Shown: positions 27,444 through 39,528, numbered from the stretch's first letter. The stretch is 64,000 nucleotides of DNA from an uncultured Pseudomonadota bacterium (GCA_963836235.1 CAWIIP010000002.1:1472001-1536000), one strand, 5' to 3'. Program-made: numbers and translations. The notes: generated by a model from the letters alone, not told the origin.

Positions 27444-27511
27444 TTTTAATACCTCCCCGCGTTGGACTCGAATTGTTCGACGGGCTCATCAACATTGCCG
27501 AGACATTACAT

Positions 27512-29416
27512 TTATTTCACTGTGAACTTCAAATCTTTCACCAGCATCCGGCCAGAACCCTGGTTTTGAGGGAGGTAAAACTCCACATCCTGCAAGGCCT
27601 GCAAGTCCAAGATGTTGTTCCCGTGCTGGTTGCCCCAGACCGTGCGGCGTTCCAGCTCGGAAAGGTCCACCCGGTAGTCTTCCCATTTGCCCGTGCCGGT
27701 GAAAGGGGGAAAGGCGTAGGATTCGCCGTCCGCGCCGTTTTTGCCGTCGTATTGGGCCTGGTCCGGCGCGGCGCAACCCGATTCGCTCATATAGATGGTG
27801 AAGCTGACACCCTTGGGAACGAAAGCTTTGAACTGGAAAAAGTTATATCCCCTCAAATCCACGGTGCCACCATCGGCAAAGGGAGGAATGTTGGAAGGAA
27901 TGGAAGCCCCGCAGCCCCAACCGACACCGGTTTCGTAATCCATCACGATGGTCCCCGTCGTGGTATTGGCGACCGCTTTTCCGCCCTTGGCGCCATCACC
28001 CCAAGTGTCCACGTGGGCGCTGTTATCAATCTTGAGGAAATCGCGCGACGAGGGCACCTTCATCCCCGCATCGGCTTTGCGGTAATCGGCGCCCAAGTCT
28101 TCCTTGAATTCCGAAGGCAAGGGAACCAGGGATTTCTTATGGAGCGGGGCCGCGATCAAATTTAGCTTCGTGTGTTCCTGGGTGACGAGGGGATAGGCAT
28201 GGTCCTTAAGATCCACCAGACCGTAATTGCAATCCTCGCCGTCGAAACGCCCCTCGGGGGACTCATCGGCCCATTCGTACCAATGCAGGCCCACGATATA
28301 AGGAAGGCTCAATAGCTGGCGGGCGTAGTTATCCAAATGACCGGCCCGGTCCTTTTGGGTGGGGAGGGCCACGTCCGCGCCGTGGTCGTTGGGATCGCCA
28401 CTTTGGTTTTCCATGGCGCTGAAGGAATATTCCGAAATGAGGACGGGCTTTTTGGCCCGGGCGTAAAAATTATCCAAGAGGGGTTGGTTGATATTGCCGG
28501 ACTTCGCATAAGTGTTCACCGAAACCACGTCGCAATATTTGGCGCAGGCTTCCACGGCCTCCCAGGGGTTTTCGCCGGCGAAGCGGACGCCTAAAATTAA
28601 ATGGTTTTGGTCCACCGCCCTGAGGGCTTGGGTGGTCACCGAGAAATAACGCTCCGCCACCACGCCCACCCAGGCCATGGCGTCGGCCTTTTGTCTTTTA
28701 GTTTTGACCGACAAGGTGACGGGAGCTTCCAATTCTCCAAAGGATTGCAGTTGAAGGCCCCAGGCCTCATCGAATTGCTGGACGTCCTGGTCGTAGCGGT
28801 CCTCGAAAAATTTTTCCAAAGCCTGCTTGTTGGCGTCGTCCACGCCCTTAAGGGCGTATTTTTCGAGCAGGGTCTTTTGTCCGTTGTCGTGCCAGCCGTA
28901 ATCCCCCCACCAGGGCAATTCGTTATCGAGGAAATAGCCGATCAGATAAGGATCATCCTTGTATAGGGCGGCCTTTTTGGAATTCTCTTTCGCCCGGGTC
29001 GCGAAGTCGTCGGTGAAAACGGACAAGAGCACGTCATCCCAGGGGTTGCCCCGGCCCAAGTAAAGCATATCCGTGTAAGGAAATTTTTGGCCCAACAAGG
29101 CCTCATCCCCCCAGCAACCGATGGTGTTGAAATGCCATTTCTTTAAACGGGTGAAGACGCCCTTGATCCAGGCTTTTTTGTTCCCGTCATATTGGTTTTT
29201 GACGGGGTTGTAATAATGATCGTTGGGCGCCCGGTAGGATTGGTCCCCGATGGCATTGACCCCCATGGAAAGGAAGGGTTTGCCCGAAGGGGCCGTAAAC
29301 CAAGCCTTGCCGTCTTTCCAACCGACGGTGAAAAAAGGCTGGGGTTTGGCCTCCAGAAGAGGCATTCCGAAGGGAAAAAGGGTTAAAAGTAAAAAGAAAG
29401 TTAAGAATTTCCTCAT
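27512..29416 (-). CDS. Secreted glycoside hydrolase (GH50 agarase-like TIM barrel) with C-terminal CBM11-like domain
   Basis: WF..P.G..F.S.GVN, FNT.G.W, IGYFLDNE, D.NHL.LG.RF, KPV.ISEY, VG.HWY...D, E..NYGLV; start MRKFL. Confidence 0.75.
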   Translation of the reverse strand: MRKFLTFFLLLTLFPFGMPLLEAKPQPFFTVGWKDGKAWFTAPSGKPFLSMGVNAIGDQSYRAPNDHYYNPVKNQYDGNKKAWIKGVFTRLKKWHFNTIGCWGDEALLGQKFPYTDMLYLGRGNPWDDVLLSVFTDDFATRAKENSKKAALYKDDPYLIGYFLDNELPWWGDYGWHDNGQKTLLEKYALKGVDDANKQALEKFFEDRYDQDVQQFDEAWGLQLQSFGELEAPVTLSVKTKRQKADAMAWVGVVAERYFSVTTQALRAVDQNHLILGVRFAGENPWEAVEACAKYCDVVSVNTYAKSGNINQPLLDNFYARAKKPVLISEYSFSAMENQSGDPNDHGADVALPTQKDRAGHLDNYARQLLSLPYIVGLHWYEWADESPEGRFDGEDCNYGLVDLKDHAYPLVTQEHTKLNLIAAPLHKKSLVPLPSEFKEDLGADYRKADAGMKVPSSRDFLKIDNSAHVDTWGDGAKGGKAVANTTTGTIVMDYETGVGWGCGASIPSNIPPFADGGTVDLRGYNFFQFKAFVPKGVSFTIYMSESGCAAPDQAQYDGKNGADGESYAFPPFTGTGKWEDYRVDLSELERRTVWGNQHGNNILDLQALQDVEFYLPQNQGSGRMLVKDLKFTVK

Positions 29417-29694
29417 CCAAAGCCTCCCGATCGCCTGAACTTTCCAAAACAGTATAGCTTCCCTCCGGGAAAATAGAAAAACCCGGAAGATCGATTTTAG
29501 CAAGTTGACGCTGGTAGACCCCCTGGGGATAATGTGCCGATTTTCCATCAACAGTTCATGTATGGGAATCGGCACAATACCGACCTCTTTGAAAAATTTT
29601 CATTTCTAGGAAAGTCGGCATGACGCCTTCTTCCGGACAGCCTGTGGATTTTGGGCTTGTTAAGACGCCGGAACAAAATTAAGGAGATGAAACG

Positions 29695-30357
29695 ATGAAG
29701 AAGTTATTTGCCGCCGCTGCCAGCCTGTTGCTGTTATTTGCCGCTCCTCTTTTCGCCGACGATCAAACTGCCGCCCCGGCCGCCGGGACCACCGAGGCCG
29801 CTCCCGCGGCTGGTACCATCCCAAGTGTGGCCGCGACGCCGATGGGGAAAAAGGTAACCGGCTCCGACGCTGAAATTCGCACTACCCTCGATGAGATTTC
29901 CGCCGATTGGGCCTCCGGGGACGCCCATAAAATGGCCTCCCATTGGCTGGAAAAAGGATCGCTGATCACGCCTTTCGGCAAGGAAGCCTGGAACCGCGCC
30001 GAAGTCGAGGAAGCCATCGCCGGGGACCTCGAAATGATGAAGGGAAGCACCCAAACTTTCAGCGATCCCAAGATCGACTGGATTCTGGGTGGATGCGCCT
30101 TGGTGGATACGACCGGAACCATCGGCGGGATGAAGAACGCCGACGGAACCGACGCTCCCTCGAAGGAATTCCATGTTTACATGGTCCTCGTCCAACGGGG
30201 CAGCAAGTGGATGGCTCGCGCGGTCCGGCCTTACGCCTTCTTGCCGGCGCCGGATGGGTCCGCCGCAGCTCCCGCCGCTGCTTCCACCACGCCTTCGGAC
30301 TCGACCGTTCCGCCAGCCCCCGATAGCGACTCGAAGAAGGACGACAGCACGAAATAA
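29695..30357 (+). CDS. Secreted NTF2-like (DUF4440/SgcJ) protein
   Basis: Signal peptide, Ala/Pro-rich ends, W..GDA..MA.....G.LI.PFG. Confidence 0.7.
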   Translation: MKKLFAAAASLLLLFAAPLFADDQTAAPAAGTTEAAPAAGTIPSVAATPMGKKVTGSDAEIRTTLDEISADWASGDAHKMASHWLEKGSLITPFGKEAWNRAEVEEAIAGDLEMMKGSTQTFSDPKIDWILGGCALVDTTGTIGGMKNADGTDAPSKEFHVYMVLVQRGSKWMARAVRPYAFLPAPDGSAAAPAAASTTPSDSTVPPAPDSDSKKDDSTK

Positions 30358-30378
30358 ACCGGCTGTTAGAAATCTTTC

Positions 30379-30412
30379 AAAGCCTTCCTCCCTCTGGGGG
30401 GAAGGCTTTTTT
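30379..30412 (+). terminator. Rho-independent terminator
   Basis: AAAGCCTTCCTCCC-TCT-GGGGGGAAGGCTTT followed by a T run. Confidence 0.85.
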
Positions 30413-30499
30413 ATTTTAGCGGGATTATGAGGAGGATCAGACTTTTCGATCTGAGGATCGTTATAATCCCTTTACCTTTTTTCATTTCGGGGGAATAGC

Positions 30500-31639
30500 T
30501 TGAGTCGTGGCAAGATCATCATCATTGGGGGAGGGGTCATCGGCCTCTCGATCGCGGACCATTGCCTGCGCCGGGGTTTCCAACCGGTCGTCCTGGACAA
30601 GGGGTCTTTCGCCAAGGAAGCTTCCTGGGCCGGCGCCGGATACCTGGACCTTCGAAGCGCTTCCCGGGTGGGGGGCGCCTTTTTTGACCTTTGCCGGAAA
30701 TCCTACGATCTTTTTCCCGAATGGGCCGCTCGTCTTCATCAGGAAAGCGGGATCGACCCGGAACTTTTAAATTCGGGAAGCCTGGACGTGGCTTTCTCAA
30801 CCGAAGAAGAAAATTCCATCCGCCAAATGGAAAGCAACCTGAAAACCTTCGGCTTTTCGGGCGAATGGTGGACCGCCCCGGAGGCCGTCAAAAGGGAACC
30901 GAAACTCTCGACCGGATTAAAATCGGCTTTCTTCTTTAAGGCCACCAGTCAGGTGCGCCCACCCCGATTGACCCGGGCCATTCTTCGAGTCCTCCAAAAG
31001 AGCGGAGCGGAATTAAGGGAGGTGGAACCGGTCGAGGACATCCTTTTTAAAGGAAACCAAGCCGTCGGGGTGAAAACCTCCAAAGGGGTCTTGGAGGGGG
31101 AAGCGGTGGTTTTGGCTTCGGGCGCTTGGTCGGGCCTGATGGCGGAAAAAATCGGAATCCCCCTGGCGGTGAAGCCCTACCGGGGCCAGGTAGTGATGTT
31201 CCGGGGACAACCGGGAACCCTGCGCCACATCCTTTTCACCGGCATCCAAAAGGCCTTTACCTACCTCGTGCCCCGGCTGGACGGGCATATTTATGTCGGC
31301 AGTACCCTGGAAGACCAGGGCTTCGATAAGAACACCAGCTCGGAAGGCATGGATAAGCTCAAAAACGGGGCGGTCAAATTATTGCCGGGGCTTTCTCAAC
31401 AACTCATCGAGGATACCTGGGCTGGCCTAAGGCCGGGTTCGGTGGATGGATGGCCCTATCTGGGCCGGGTGCCGGGCTTTGAAGGGCTTTGGATCGCCAC
31501 GGGACATTTTACCCATGGACTTTTACTTTCGGCGGTGACGGGACAAGTGATGGCGCAAGTGTTATCGGGAGAGAGGCCGGCCTTGGATTTAAGCGCCTTC
31601 GCGACTGACCGCCAGCCCCACCCGGTGGCCGGGATATAA
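30500..31639 (+). CDS. thiO: Glycine oxidase ThiO (FAD-dependent)
   Basis: GGGVIG, ASWAGAG, GAWS, P.RGQ, YLVPR.DG, WAGLRP, ATGH...G.LL. Confidence 0.85.
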   Translation: MSRGKIIIIGGGVIGLSIADHCLRRGFQPVVLDKGSFAKEASWAGAGYLDLRSASRVGGAFFDLCRKSYDLFPEWAARLHQESGIDPELLNSGSLDVAFSTEEENSIRQMESNLKTFGFSGEWWTAPEAVKREPKLSTGLKSAFFFKATSQVRPPRLTRAILRVLQKSGAELREVEPVEDILFKGNQAVGVKTSKGVLEGEAVVLASGAWSGLMAEKIGIPLAVKPYRGQVVMFRGQPGTLRHILFTGIQKAFTYLVPRLDGHIYVGSTLEDQGFDKNTSSEGMDKLKNGAVKLLPGLSQQLIEDTWAGLRPGSVDGWPYLGRVPGFEGLWIATGHFTHGLLLSAVTGQVMAQVLSGERPALDLSAFATDRQPHPVAGI

Positions 31640-31714
31640 GCGGGTTAAGAATTTATTAATCAAAATTTATTCTCGTTTATAATGCCCTTCCAAATCTTCT
31701 CATAAAGGAAGTTC

Positions 31715-32976
<1,262 letters not shown>

Positions 32977-32991
32977 GGGGAGCCAAGATCG

Positions 32992-33903
32992 ATGTCCGAA
33001 AAAATTGTTTTACAGACCAATATTCCCGGAGTGCCGGAACCCAAGCGCGGCAAAGTGAGGGATATCTATGACCTGGGGGACAAGCTCCTCATCGTCGTCA
33101 CTGACCGCATTTCAGCTTTTGACGTGATCATGCCCAACGGCATCCCGAACAAGGGCGTTGTCTTAAACCAGATTTCCCATTATTGGTTCAAGCAGGTGGA
33201 AGGAATCATTCCCAACCATGTCATCTCCACGGAACTTTCCACCCTACCGGAGCCCTTTCAAAAGGCCAAGGACCAGCTTTTAAACCGCTCGATGATCGTC
33301 AAAAAAGCGCAACCGCTTCCCGCCGAATGCATCGTGCGGGGTTACCTGACGGGTTCGGGTCTGAAGGAATACCAGAAGAGCGGCAAGGTCTGCGGTATCG
33401 AATTACCGAGGGGTTTAGTGGAGTCCTCCCGCATCGCCGAACCCATTTTCACCCCTTCCACCAAGGCGGAAGAAGGGCATGACCTCAATATTTCCTTCGA
33501 GGAAATGAAAAAGATCCTCAAGGACGATAGGTTGGCCCAGAAGGTGAAAGATGTCAGCTTGTCTATTTACCAGAAGGGACGGGATGTGGCCGACGCCAAG
33601 GGGATTATTATTGCCGATACCAAATTTGAGTTTGGATTATTGAATGGGGAATTGATCCTCATCGACGAGGTCATGACCCCCGATTCTTCCCGCTTCTGGC
33701 CCAAGGCTGAATACAAAGAAGGCGTCTCCCAAAAAAGTTTTGATAAACAATTCGTGAGGGATTACTTGGAAACCCTGAAAGACTGGAACAAGACTCCACC
33801 CGGTCCGGTTTTGCCCGAAGAAATAGTGGCTAAAACCCGTGAAAAATACGTGGACGCCTATGAGCGGATCACCGGCAAAAAATTCGGGGATTTCCGCTTT
33901 TAA
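32992..33903 (+). CDS. purC: Phosphoribosylaminoimidazole-succinocarboxamide synthase
   Basis: [56 protein letters not shown]. Confidence 0.97.
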   Translation: MSEKIVLQTNIPGVPEPKRGKVRDIYDLGDKLLIVVTDRISAFDVIMPNGIPNKGVVLNQISHYWFKQVEGIIPNHVISTELSTLPEPFQKAKDQLLNRSMIVKKAQPLPAECIVRGYLTGSGLKEYQKSGKVCGIELPRGLVESSRIAEPIFTPSTKAEEGHDLNISFEEMKKILKDDRLAQKVKDVSLSIYQKGRDVADAKGIIIADTKFEFGLLNGELILIDEVMTPDSSRFWPKAEYKEGVSQKSFDKQFVRDYLETLKDWNKTPPGPVLPEEIVAKTREKYVDAYERITGKKFGDFRF

Positions 33904-33992
33904 TTTGCCGTTTAAAAAAACAAAAGCCGGGCTTTACCCCGCACCAGTCCCCGGTACAATAGTACAGCTCGCAAGAACCAAGGAGGATTAAG

Positions 33993-34529
33993 TTGAATCC
34001 AAGCGAAACGCCTTTTAATTTTCATCTTTTTCTCACCAACCTGGGGAATTGGCTTTTTTCCAATACCTGGTCCTGGTGGGCCGCGGGGCTTGGGATCGGG
34101 CTGACCGCCTTGGGACTGGCTTGGTTTACCGGAAAGCGATTGGGCGTGACGGGGGGCTTTGTGGAAGCCATTTCGGCCGCCGTTCCCGAGTCTTCCAGTA
34201 AAGTTTCATCCTCTCCTTGGAAATTTTGGTTCATCATCGGAATCGTTTTTGGCGGGGCCCTGGCTACCTTGGGCCATTGGAACTGGACTTGGCTTTACGG
34301 CCGCTTGGACGCCATCACTTACGGCAGTCTTTTCTTCAAGAGCCTCTGGCTGCTGGTGGGAGGATTCCTGGTGGGATTTGGCGCCCGTTGGGCCGGCGGT
34401 TGCGTGAGCGGCAACAGCCTCATGGGAATTTCTACCGGCAATAAGATGGCCATGTTGGTGACAGTCGGCTTTCTCGCGGCGGGGATTTTAGTCACTAATA
34501 TTATTTTCTCTTTATTCAGGGTGATGTAA
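33993..34529 (+). CDS. YeeE/YedE (sulfur-compound transporter) family protein
   Basis: LG.TGG, GGFLVGFGARWAGGC.SG. Confidence 0.88.
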   Translation: MNPSETPFNFHLFLTNLGNWLFSNTWSWWAAGLGIGLTALGLAWFTGKRLGVTGGFVEAISAAVPESSSKVSSSPWKFWFIIGIVFGGALATLGHWNWTWLYGRLDAITYGSLFFKSLWLLVGGFLVGFGARWAGGCVSGNSLMGISTGNKMAMLVTVGFLAAGILVTNIIFSLFRVM

Positions 34530-35087
34530 ATGGCCACCAAAAAACAAACCCCCATACGAAGAAAAGCGGTTAGGAAACCAGCCATGAAAACCTCAACTCC
34601 TGCCAGGAACCAAAGTACCAATCCCCTCCCCTATCTTGGTTTTGGGGTTCTTTTTGGATACTTTCTTTCCAAGGCCGGAGCAACGGATTATGACACGGTC
34701 ATCAATATGTTCCGTCCGAGCGATGTTCATATCGACAAGACTCCCGGTGGGTTTGTTTTTCACTTGGATTCCTTGCGGCTTTACGGCGTTATCGGCATGG
34801 CGATCGCGGTGATCGCTTTGAGACTTTTTCTTTTGGAAAATAGCCAGAAGCCCACATTGTCCGGAAAAAAGCTGGACTGGGAGCCCTTGAAGTGGGATCC
34901 CGACCGGCTTATCGGCGCTTTCATCTTTGGAGCGGGATGGGCTTTGACGGGGACTTGCCCCGGAACTTCCTTGGCCCAAATCGGTGAAGGAAAATTGGTA
35001 GCGATCTTCACCGTCATTGGTATCGTGGCAGGTGTTTGGGCTTATCCGAAATATAAACCCGATTCCACCAAAGAAACGGTTTGTTGA
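34530..35087 (+). CDS. YeeE/YedE family partner protein
   Basis: G.LFG..L.K, I..MF, G..IFG.GWAL.G.CPG. Confidence 0.88.
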   Translation: MATKKQTPIRRKAVRKPAMKTSTPARNQSTNPLPYLGFGVLFGYFLSKAGATDYDTVINMFRPSDVHIDKTPGGFVFHLDSLRLYGVIGMAIAVIALRLFLLENSQKPTLSGKKLDWEPLKWDPDRLIGAFIFGAGWALTGTCPGTSLAQIGEGKLVAIFTVIGIVAGVWAYPKYKPDSTKETVC

Positions 35088-35827
35088 GATTCTCGGGTCT
35101 CTGTTTTTTCCTGACTTTTTGTTTTTTGTTTTCGTCCACGGCGGTTTCCCAAGCGGATGAGCCCTGGCAATCTCCCGACTCCGATACGTCTTTGGGGCAT
35201 TTCCCCTCAAAATTTCTCGCGGATATCCCGCATCTTTTCATTCCGGATAACGCCATTCCTTTTTTCACTGGAAGTTTATTAACCGTTTCCGATTGGGTTC
35301 TCTTTGACCAACAAAATAATCTAGAGCCTGATTTGAGAAGTTTAAATATTCAACCTTTGTTCGATTTTGGCGATTTTTATGGGGAGGGATGGGTGGAAGG
35401 AGGAGCCGCTTTGGGGAGTTGGTCCCTGGGAGCGATCACCCAGAACCTTCGGCTTCAGGAATTCGGCCGAGACGCCTGCGAAACTTTGGGCGCCTCTTTT
35501 ATCGTGGTGGAGGGTTTAAAAGTGGCGGTCAATCGGACCCGCCCGAACGGTAACTCTGACTCCTTTCCCTCAGGCCATTCCATTACGGCTTTTTGCGTGG
35601 CGCCGGTGGTCAATCGTTATTTTGGCTGGCAGGCGGGGATATCCGCCTACGTTTTGGCCACGGTGACGGCTTTCGCCAGGGTGGAGGGTGGTTATCATTA
35701 CTTGTCTGATGTTCTCGCCGGGGCTACGCTGGGGATCGTTATCGGCAACGCGGTGGTTTACGCCCCGAAGGACGTTTCTGTTTCGGCGGGACTTGGACAA
35801 ATGGACTTGAAGCTGGCTTTCAACTAA
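35081..35827 (+). CDS. PAP2 family phosphatase
   Basis: K....R.RP, SFPSGH, ARV..G.HYLSDV.AG. Confidence 0.9.
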   Translation: MLRFSGLCFFLTFCFLFSSTAVSQADEPWQSPDSDTSLGHFPSKFLADIPHLFIPDNAIPFFTGSLLTVSDWVLFDQQNNLEPDLRSLNIQPLFDFGDFYGEGWVEGGAALGSWSLGAITQNLRLQEFGRDACETLGASFIVVEGLKVAVNRTRPNGNSDSFPSGHSITAFCVAPVVNRYFGWQAGISAYVLATVTAFARVEGGYHYLSDVLAGATLGIVIGNAVVYAPKDVSVSAGLGQMDLKLAFN

Positions 35828-37556
35828 CTTTTTCCAGGTGCTCCAGTTCCTTTCCGACTTCTTCCATGAGCGGTTCGATCATTTTCAGGCTGAAATCAAA
35901 TTGGATACCGGCGGATTTGAAAATCTCCGGCAAGGGTTGGCTGCCACCCACAGATAACCCCTGTTTGTATAGGCGCACGCCTTCGGTCTTGTCCTTACGG
36001 AAATTTTTCCAAACTTGCAGGGCGCCCAATTGCGCGATGCCATATTCAATGTAATAGAAGGGATATTCAAATATATGAAGCTGTCGATGCCAAAGGTAGG
36101 ATTGTATTTCTTCCAGTCCACTCCAATCCTCAAGGCCTCCCAAGCGATGGCGTAAATCCAGCCAGTAATTGGACCGTTCTTTTCGGCTATGGTTGGGGTG
36201 GGTATAAATCCAATGTTGAAAGGCGTCCACCGTGGCGATCCAAGGAAGCAGGATAATCACATCCTCCAAATGACGGATGGTGGATCGAGCGGCTTCCCGA
36301 GAATTGGGATAAAACTCATCCAAATAGGGATCGGCCATCAATTCCATGCTCATGGAAGCCACTTCGCAGAATTCCATGGGTGCGTGGCGGTAGGGGGAAA
36401 AGGAAATATTTCGCCAGGCAAAACTATGCATGGCATGGCCGCTTTCATGAAGCAATGTACGAACATCATGGTCCAGCCCCACCGCGTTAGCAAAAATAAA
36501 AGGAATGCGGGCTTCTTCCAAATCGGCTTGATAACCACCGGGAGCTTTGCCTTTGCGGGATTCCAAGTCCAAAAGGCCCAATTCCTTCATCCGCTTAAAG
36601 TTTTTCCCGAAGTCTGGGTCAATTTTCGATAATATCTTTTCACAATCTGCGACGAGTTTTTCAGTATTTTCAAAGGGTTTTAGGGGAGGCAACCCATCTG
36701 GGTCCACGGAAAGATCCCAGGGCCGCAATGCGGATAATCCCATCTTTTTTTTCCGCTTTTCCTGTATTTTGATGACCAAGGGACGGATGGTCTTCTCGGC
36801 GCTTTCATGAAAAGTTTCGCAGTCTTTTGGACTGTAATCAAAACGTTCCTTGCGGCGAAAGATATAGTCCCGGTAATCAAGGAAACCCGCGTTTTCGGCA
36901 GCTCTGGCGCGAAGCTTAAGCATCTTGTCAAAGAGGTCCTCAAGGAAGTCTTTATCGTTTAAGCGCCTTTTCGCCACTAACCTCCAGGCTTCCTCCCGCT
37001 GAACCCTGTTAGTCGACTCTAAATAACGTCCCATCTGTTGAAGTGTTTGTTCTTTGCCTTCGTATTGCACACTCATGGCCCCATTTTGCTTCTGGTATTC
37101 CTGGGAAAGTTTTTCCAGCTCGGTTTCCAAGAGGATGTTTTCCTCCCGGTATAAAGCCAGGTCGTTTCCGATGGAACGATTGTAAAGGAAATACTCTCTT
37201 TGCGGAAGCGAGGCTCGGTGAGGACATTCCCAATATTTTTTGGAGAGGGCGAAGAATTTGGGTTTGCTGGGTTCGGAGATTTTTTCGAGAAAATCCAGGT
37301 AGCTTTTCTCGATTTCGGAGTCGTTGGTTTTGCAGGTCATGCGGACATAGCGAACAGACCCTTCCTGATTTAAGCAATCTTGTAATTCCCCCAGATCCTT
37401 CAACCATTTCTCTAAATCTCCGGAAGATAAAAGATCCCGGTTTTGGAGCTCCTCGAAAATTTTTTCGACTATTACCCAACTTCCAAGATCGGCTTTCAAC
37501 GGAACAAACTGGCGGGGATAGGGATGGGGAAGCGTTTGGGCATCCAAGAGGGCCAT
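35820..37556 (-). CDS. pepF: M3 family oligoendopeptidase
   Basis: GK.PGGY, PFIF.N, TLLHESGHA.H, EVASMSMEL, W..QLHIF..PFYYIEY. Confidence 0.93.
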   Translation of the reverse strand: MALLDAQTLPHPYPRQFVPLKADLGSWVIVEKIFEELQNRDLLSSGDLEKWLKDLGELQDCLNQEGSVRYVRMTCKTNDSEIEKSYLDFLEKISEPSKPKFFALSKKYWECPHRASLPQREYFLYNRSIGNDLALYREENILLETELEKLSQEYQKQNGAMSVQYEGKEQTLQQMGRYLESTNRVQREEAWRLVAKRRLNDKDFLEDLFDKMLKLRARAAENAGFLDYRDYIFRRKERFDYSPKDCETFHESAEKTIRPLVIKIQEKRKKKMGLSALRPWDLSVDPDGLPPLKPFENTEKLVADCEKILSKIDPDFGKNFKRMKELGLLDLESRKGKAPGGYQADLEEARIPFIFANAVGLDHDVRTLLHESGHAMHSFAWRNISFSPYRHAPMEFCEVASMSMELMADPYLDEFYPNSREAARSTIRHLEDVIILLPWIATVDAFQHWIYTHPNHSRKERSNYWLDLRHRLGGLEDWSGLEEIQSYLWHRQLHIFEYPFYYIEYGIAQLGALQVWKNFRKDKTEGVRLYKQGLSVGGSQPLPEIFKSAGIQFDFSLKMIEPLMEEVGKELEHLEKVS

Positions 37557-37654
37557 TTTATTTTCCTTTGGTTAATCAGGCGCGCGGGCACTTTATCAAA
37601 AGCCCATGGGGAAAAAAAGCTGTATGATAAAACCGTTCAGGGAGGACAGCTCTT

Positions 37655-38125
37655 ATGCGTTGGATGGCGGTCTTATTTATAGCAGCGACCCTGACCGGGT
37701 GCAATTTAAGCGACCGGGGCCTTTCAAAACTCCAAGTCGCGGAAGATCTGATGCTGGGCGCTAACATGGAAGACAGCAAACAGCAATGGTTTCTGTATTC
37801 CACCAAAGAGCTGGTTGTGGACCAATTGATGAGCACTGACTCCGATATCGTCTATCGCGGCGTCAGTCGGGACCCGGCGGTCACGGGCTTTTATTTTTTC
37901 TTCAATTCTAAAACAAAAATTCTTCACCAAATTGAATGGCGTTATCAATCCAGTATGACGGAAGCCAAAGAAAAAGAACTTTTAGACTATTGGGCGAAAA
38001 AACTTTGGAATCCTTCTTATCACCAGCGGTGGGAAGGCAAGGTTTATGTTTGGGATGACCGAAAAGCTCAGTTGCAACTCTACTTGGCCGATGGGATTTG
38101 TCATTTGATCCAAAAGTTAAATTGA
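37655..38125 (+). CDS. Hypothetical lipoprotein
   Basis: LTG-C lipobox; GGAGG RBS. Confidence 0.7.
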   Translation: MRWMAVLFIAATLTGCNLSDRGLSKLQVAEDLMLGANMEDSKQQWFLYSTKELVVDQLMSTDSDIVYRGVSRDPAVTGFYFFFNSKTKILHQIEWRYQSSMTEAKEKELLDYWAKKLWNPSYHQRWEGKVYVWDDRKAQLQLYLADGICHLIQKLN

Positions 38126-38267
38126 ATCCATCAGATATTCCAATGTTCGACATTTGAGAGGGGTATCGTTATAATCGGCCCATGTACCGATTTACATTAT
38201 TTTATATTTTAAAGAATTCGGCACTATACCGACCAACTTACAACATTTTGAATAATGAAGGGTCGGC

Positions 38268-39308
38268 ATGACGATTTATTCTTATTCCCGTATCAATACC
38301 TATTTTACTTGCCCCGCCCAGTTTCAATTCCGTTATATCGAAAAAAGACCCTCACCCGTTGCGGAGGGGATTGAACTTTTTCTCGGGTCCCGCTTCCACG
38401 AGACCATGGAGTTCCTTTACCATCAGATTCCAAAACGAGTTCCAACCGTCAATGAGATGGTGGATTATTTCAAGAATCATTGGGAAAAGCATTGGCAACA
38501 ATCCCTTCAAAAACAAAAAGACAAAAACTTCAAAGTAACCTTAAGAATCGTTAATGAAGGGCAATCGGCGGAGGATTATTTCCAAAAAGGCCTGCTTTTT
38601 GTTGAAAACTATTACCACCAATATCACCCCTTTGACCAAGACAAGACCGAGGGCATCGAGTTAAGAGTCGCCTTTGATTTGGATTCAAAAGGTGAATATA
38701 AAATGCAAGGTTTTATTGACCGATTAGGAAGGGACGATGAAGGGACCCTTTGGATTCACGACTATAAAACCAGTTCTCGTAAGATGTCAGAAGAGGACGT
38801 GAAAACGGAAGACCAATTGGCTCTTTACCAGATTGGTTTGACCCAAAATCACCGGTACGGGCCAGCTGAAAAGATTAAATTAATTTGGCACTTTGTAGCG
38901 TTTGAGAAAGACCAAGTCATCGGGGAAAGGAATCCAAAGGAGATTGGTTGGCTTAAGGAAAAATATATCTCCAAGATTCAAACGATCGAGAAAGCCAAAA
39001 CTTATCCAACCAAGCCCGGAGTTCTTTGCTCCTGGTGCGAATACCTGACGGTTTGCGCGGATGGTCAGCAATTCGTGTCCAATCGAAAGAAAAAATATGA
39101 TGATCGGGAATCCATATCCACTACTTCGATAGGCTCAGCCAAGATTAATGAATCTCCAACACCGTCGGTTTCCTTGATGGAGAAACCTAAAAGCGATTTA
39201 ATGCCTATCTCTGACAACTTGCCGATTTCAAACATTTCTACGTTAAAAACAAGGCGAAAAAAAGGTTCACGTGGAGAAGTTTCGCCTGACCAACTAACTC
39301 TTTTTTAA
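38268..39308 (+). CDS. PD-(D/E)XK RecB-family, Cas4-like nuclease with 4-Cys cluster
   Basis: SYS....Y..CP, G..FH, E, G.IDR, DYKT, QL..Y, C..C.....C; C-terminal QLTLF. Confidence 0.9.
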   Translation: MTIYSYSRINTYFTCPAQFQFRYIEKRPSPVAEGIELFLGSRFHETMEFLYHQIPKRVPTVNEMVDYFKNHWEKHWQQSLQKQKDKNFKVTLRIVNEGQSAEDYFQKGLLFVENYYHQYHPFDQDKTEGIELRVAFDLDSKGEYKMQGFIDRLGRDDEGTLWIHDYKTSSRKMSEEDVKTEDQLALYQIGLTQNHRYGPAEKIKLIWHFVAFEKDQVIGERNPKEIGWLKEKYISKIQTIEKAKTYPTKPGVLCSWCEYLTVCADGQQFVSNRKKKYDDRESISTTSIGSAKINESPTPSVSLMEKPKSDLMPISDNLPISNISTLKTRRKKGSRGEVSPDQLTLF

Positions 39309-39528
39309 GTCGGCCATCAGAACAACAAAAATTAGTCAAATAATCGGCAATAAATATGACTTTTCAAAAAGAAGGAAGATATTTAGGCAAATAGCAGATT
39401 CAATAACCTGGCTGGATGAAGCCACTAGAAAAATATTCTTATGCTATTTTTATTAAAGGATTAACCTATGACACGCATTATTTATTCCGAGAAAAGTAGT
39501 GTTATAAAAGCGCCCCCAAAGAGTCAAA

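Noticed and set aside
38268-39308. Nuclease as part of a CRISPR adaptation module
   Set aside because: No array or other cas genes nearby
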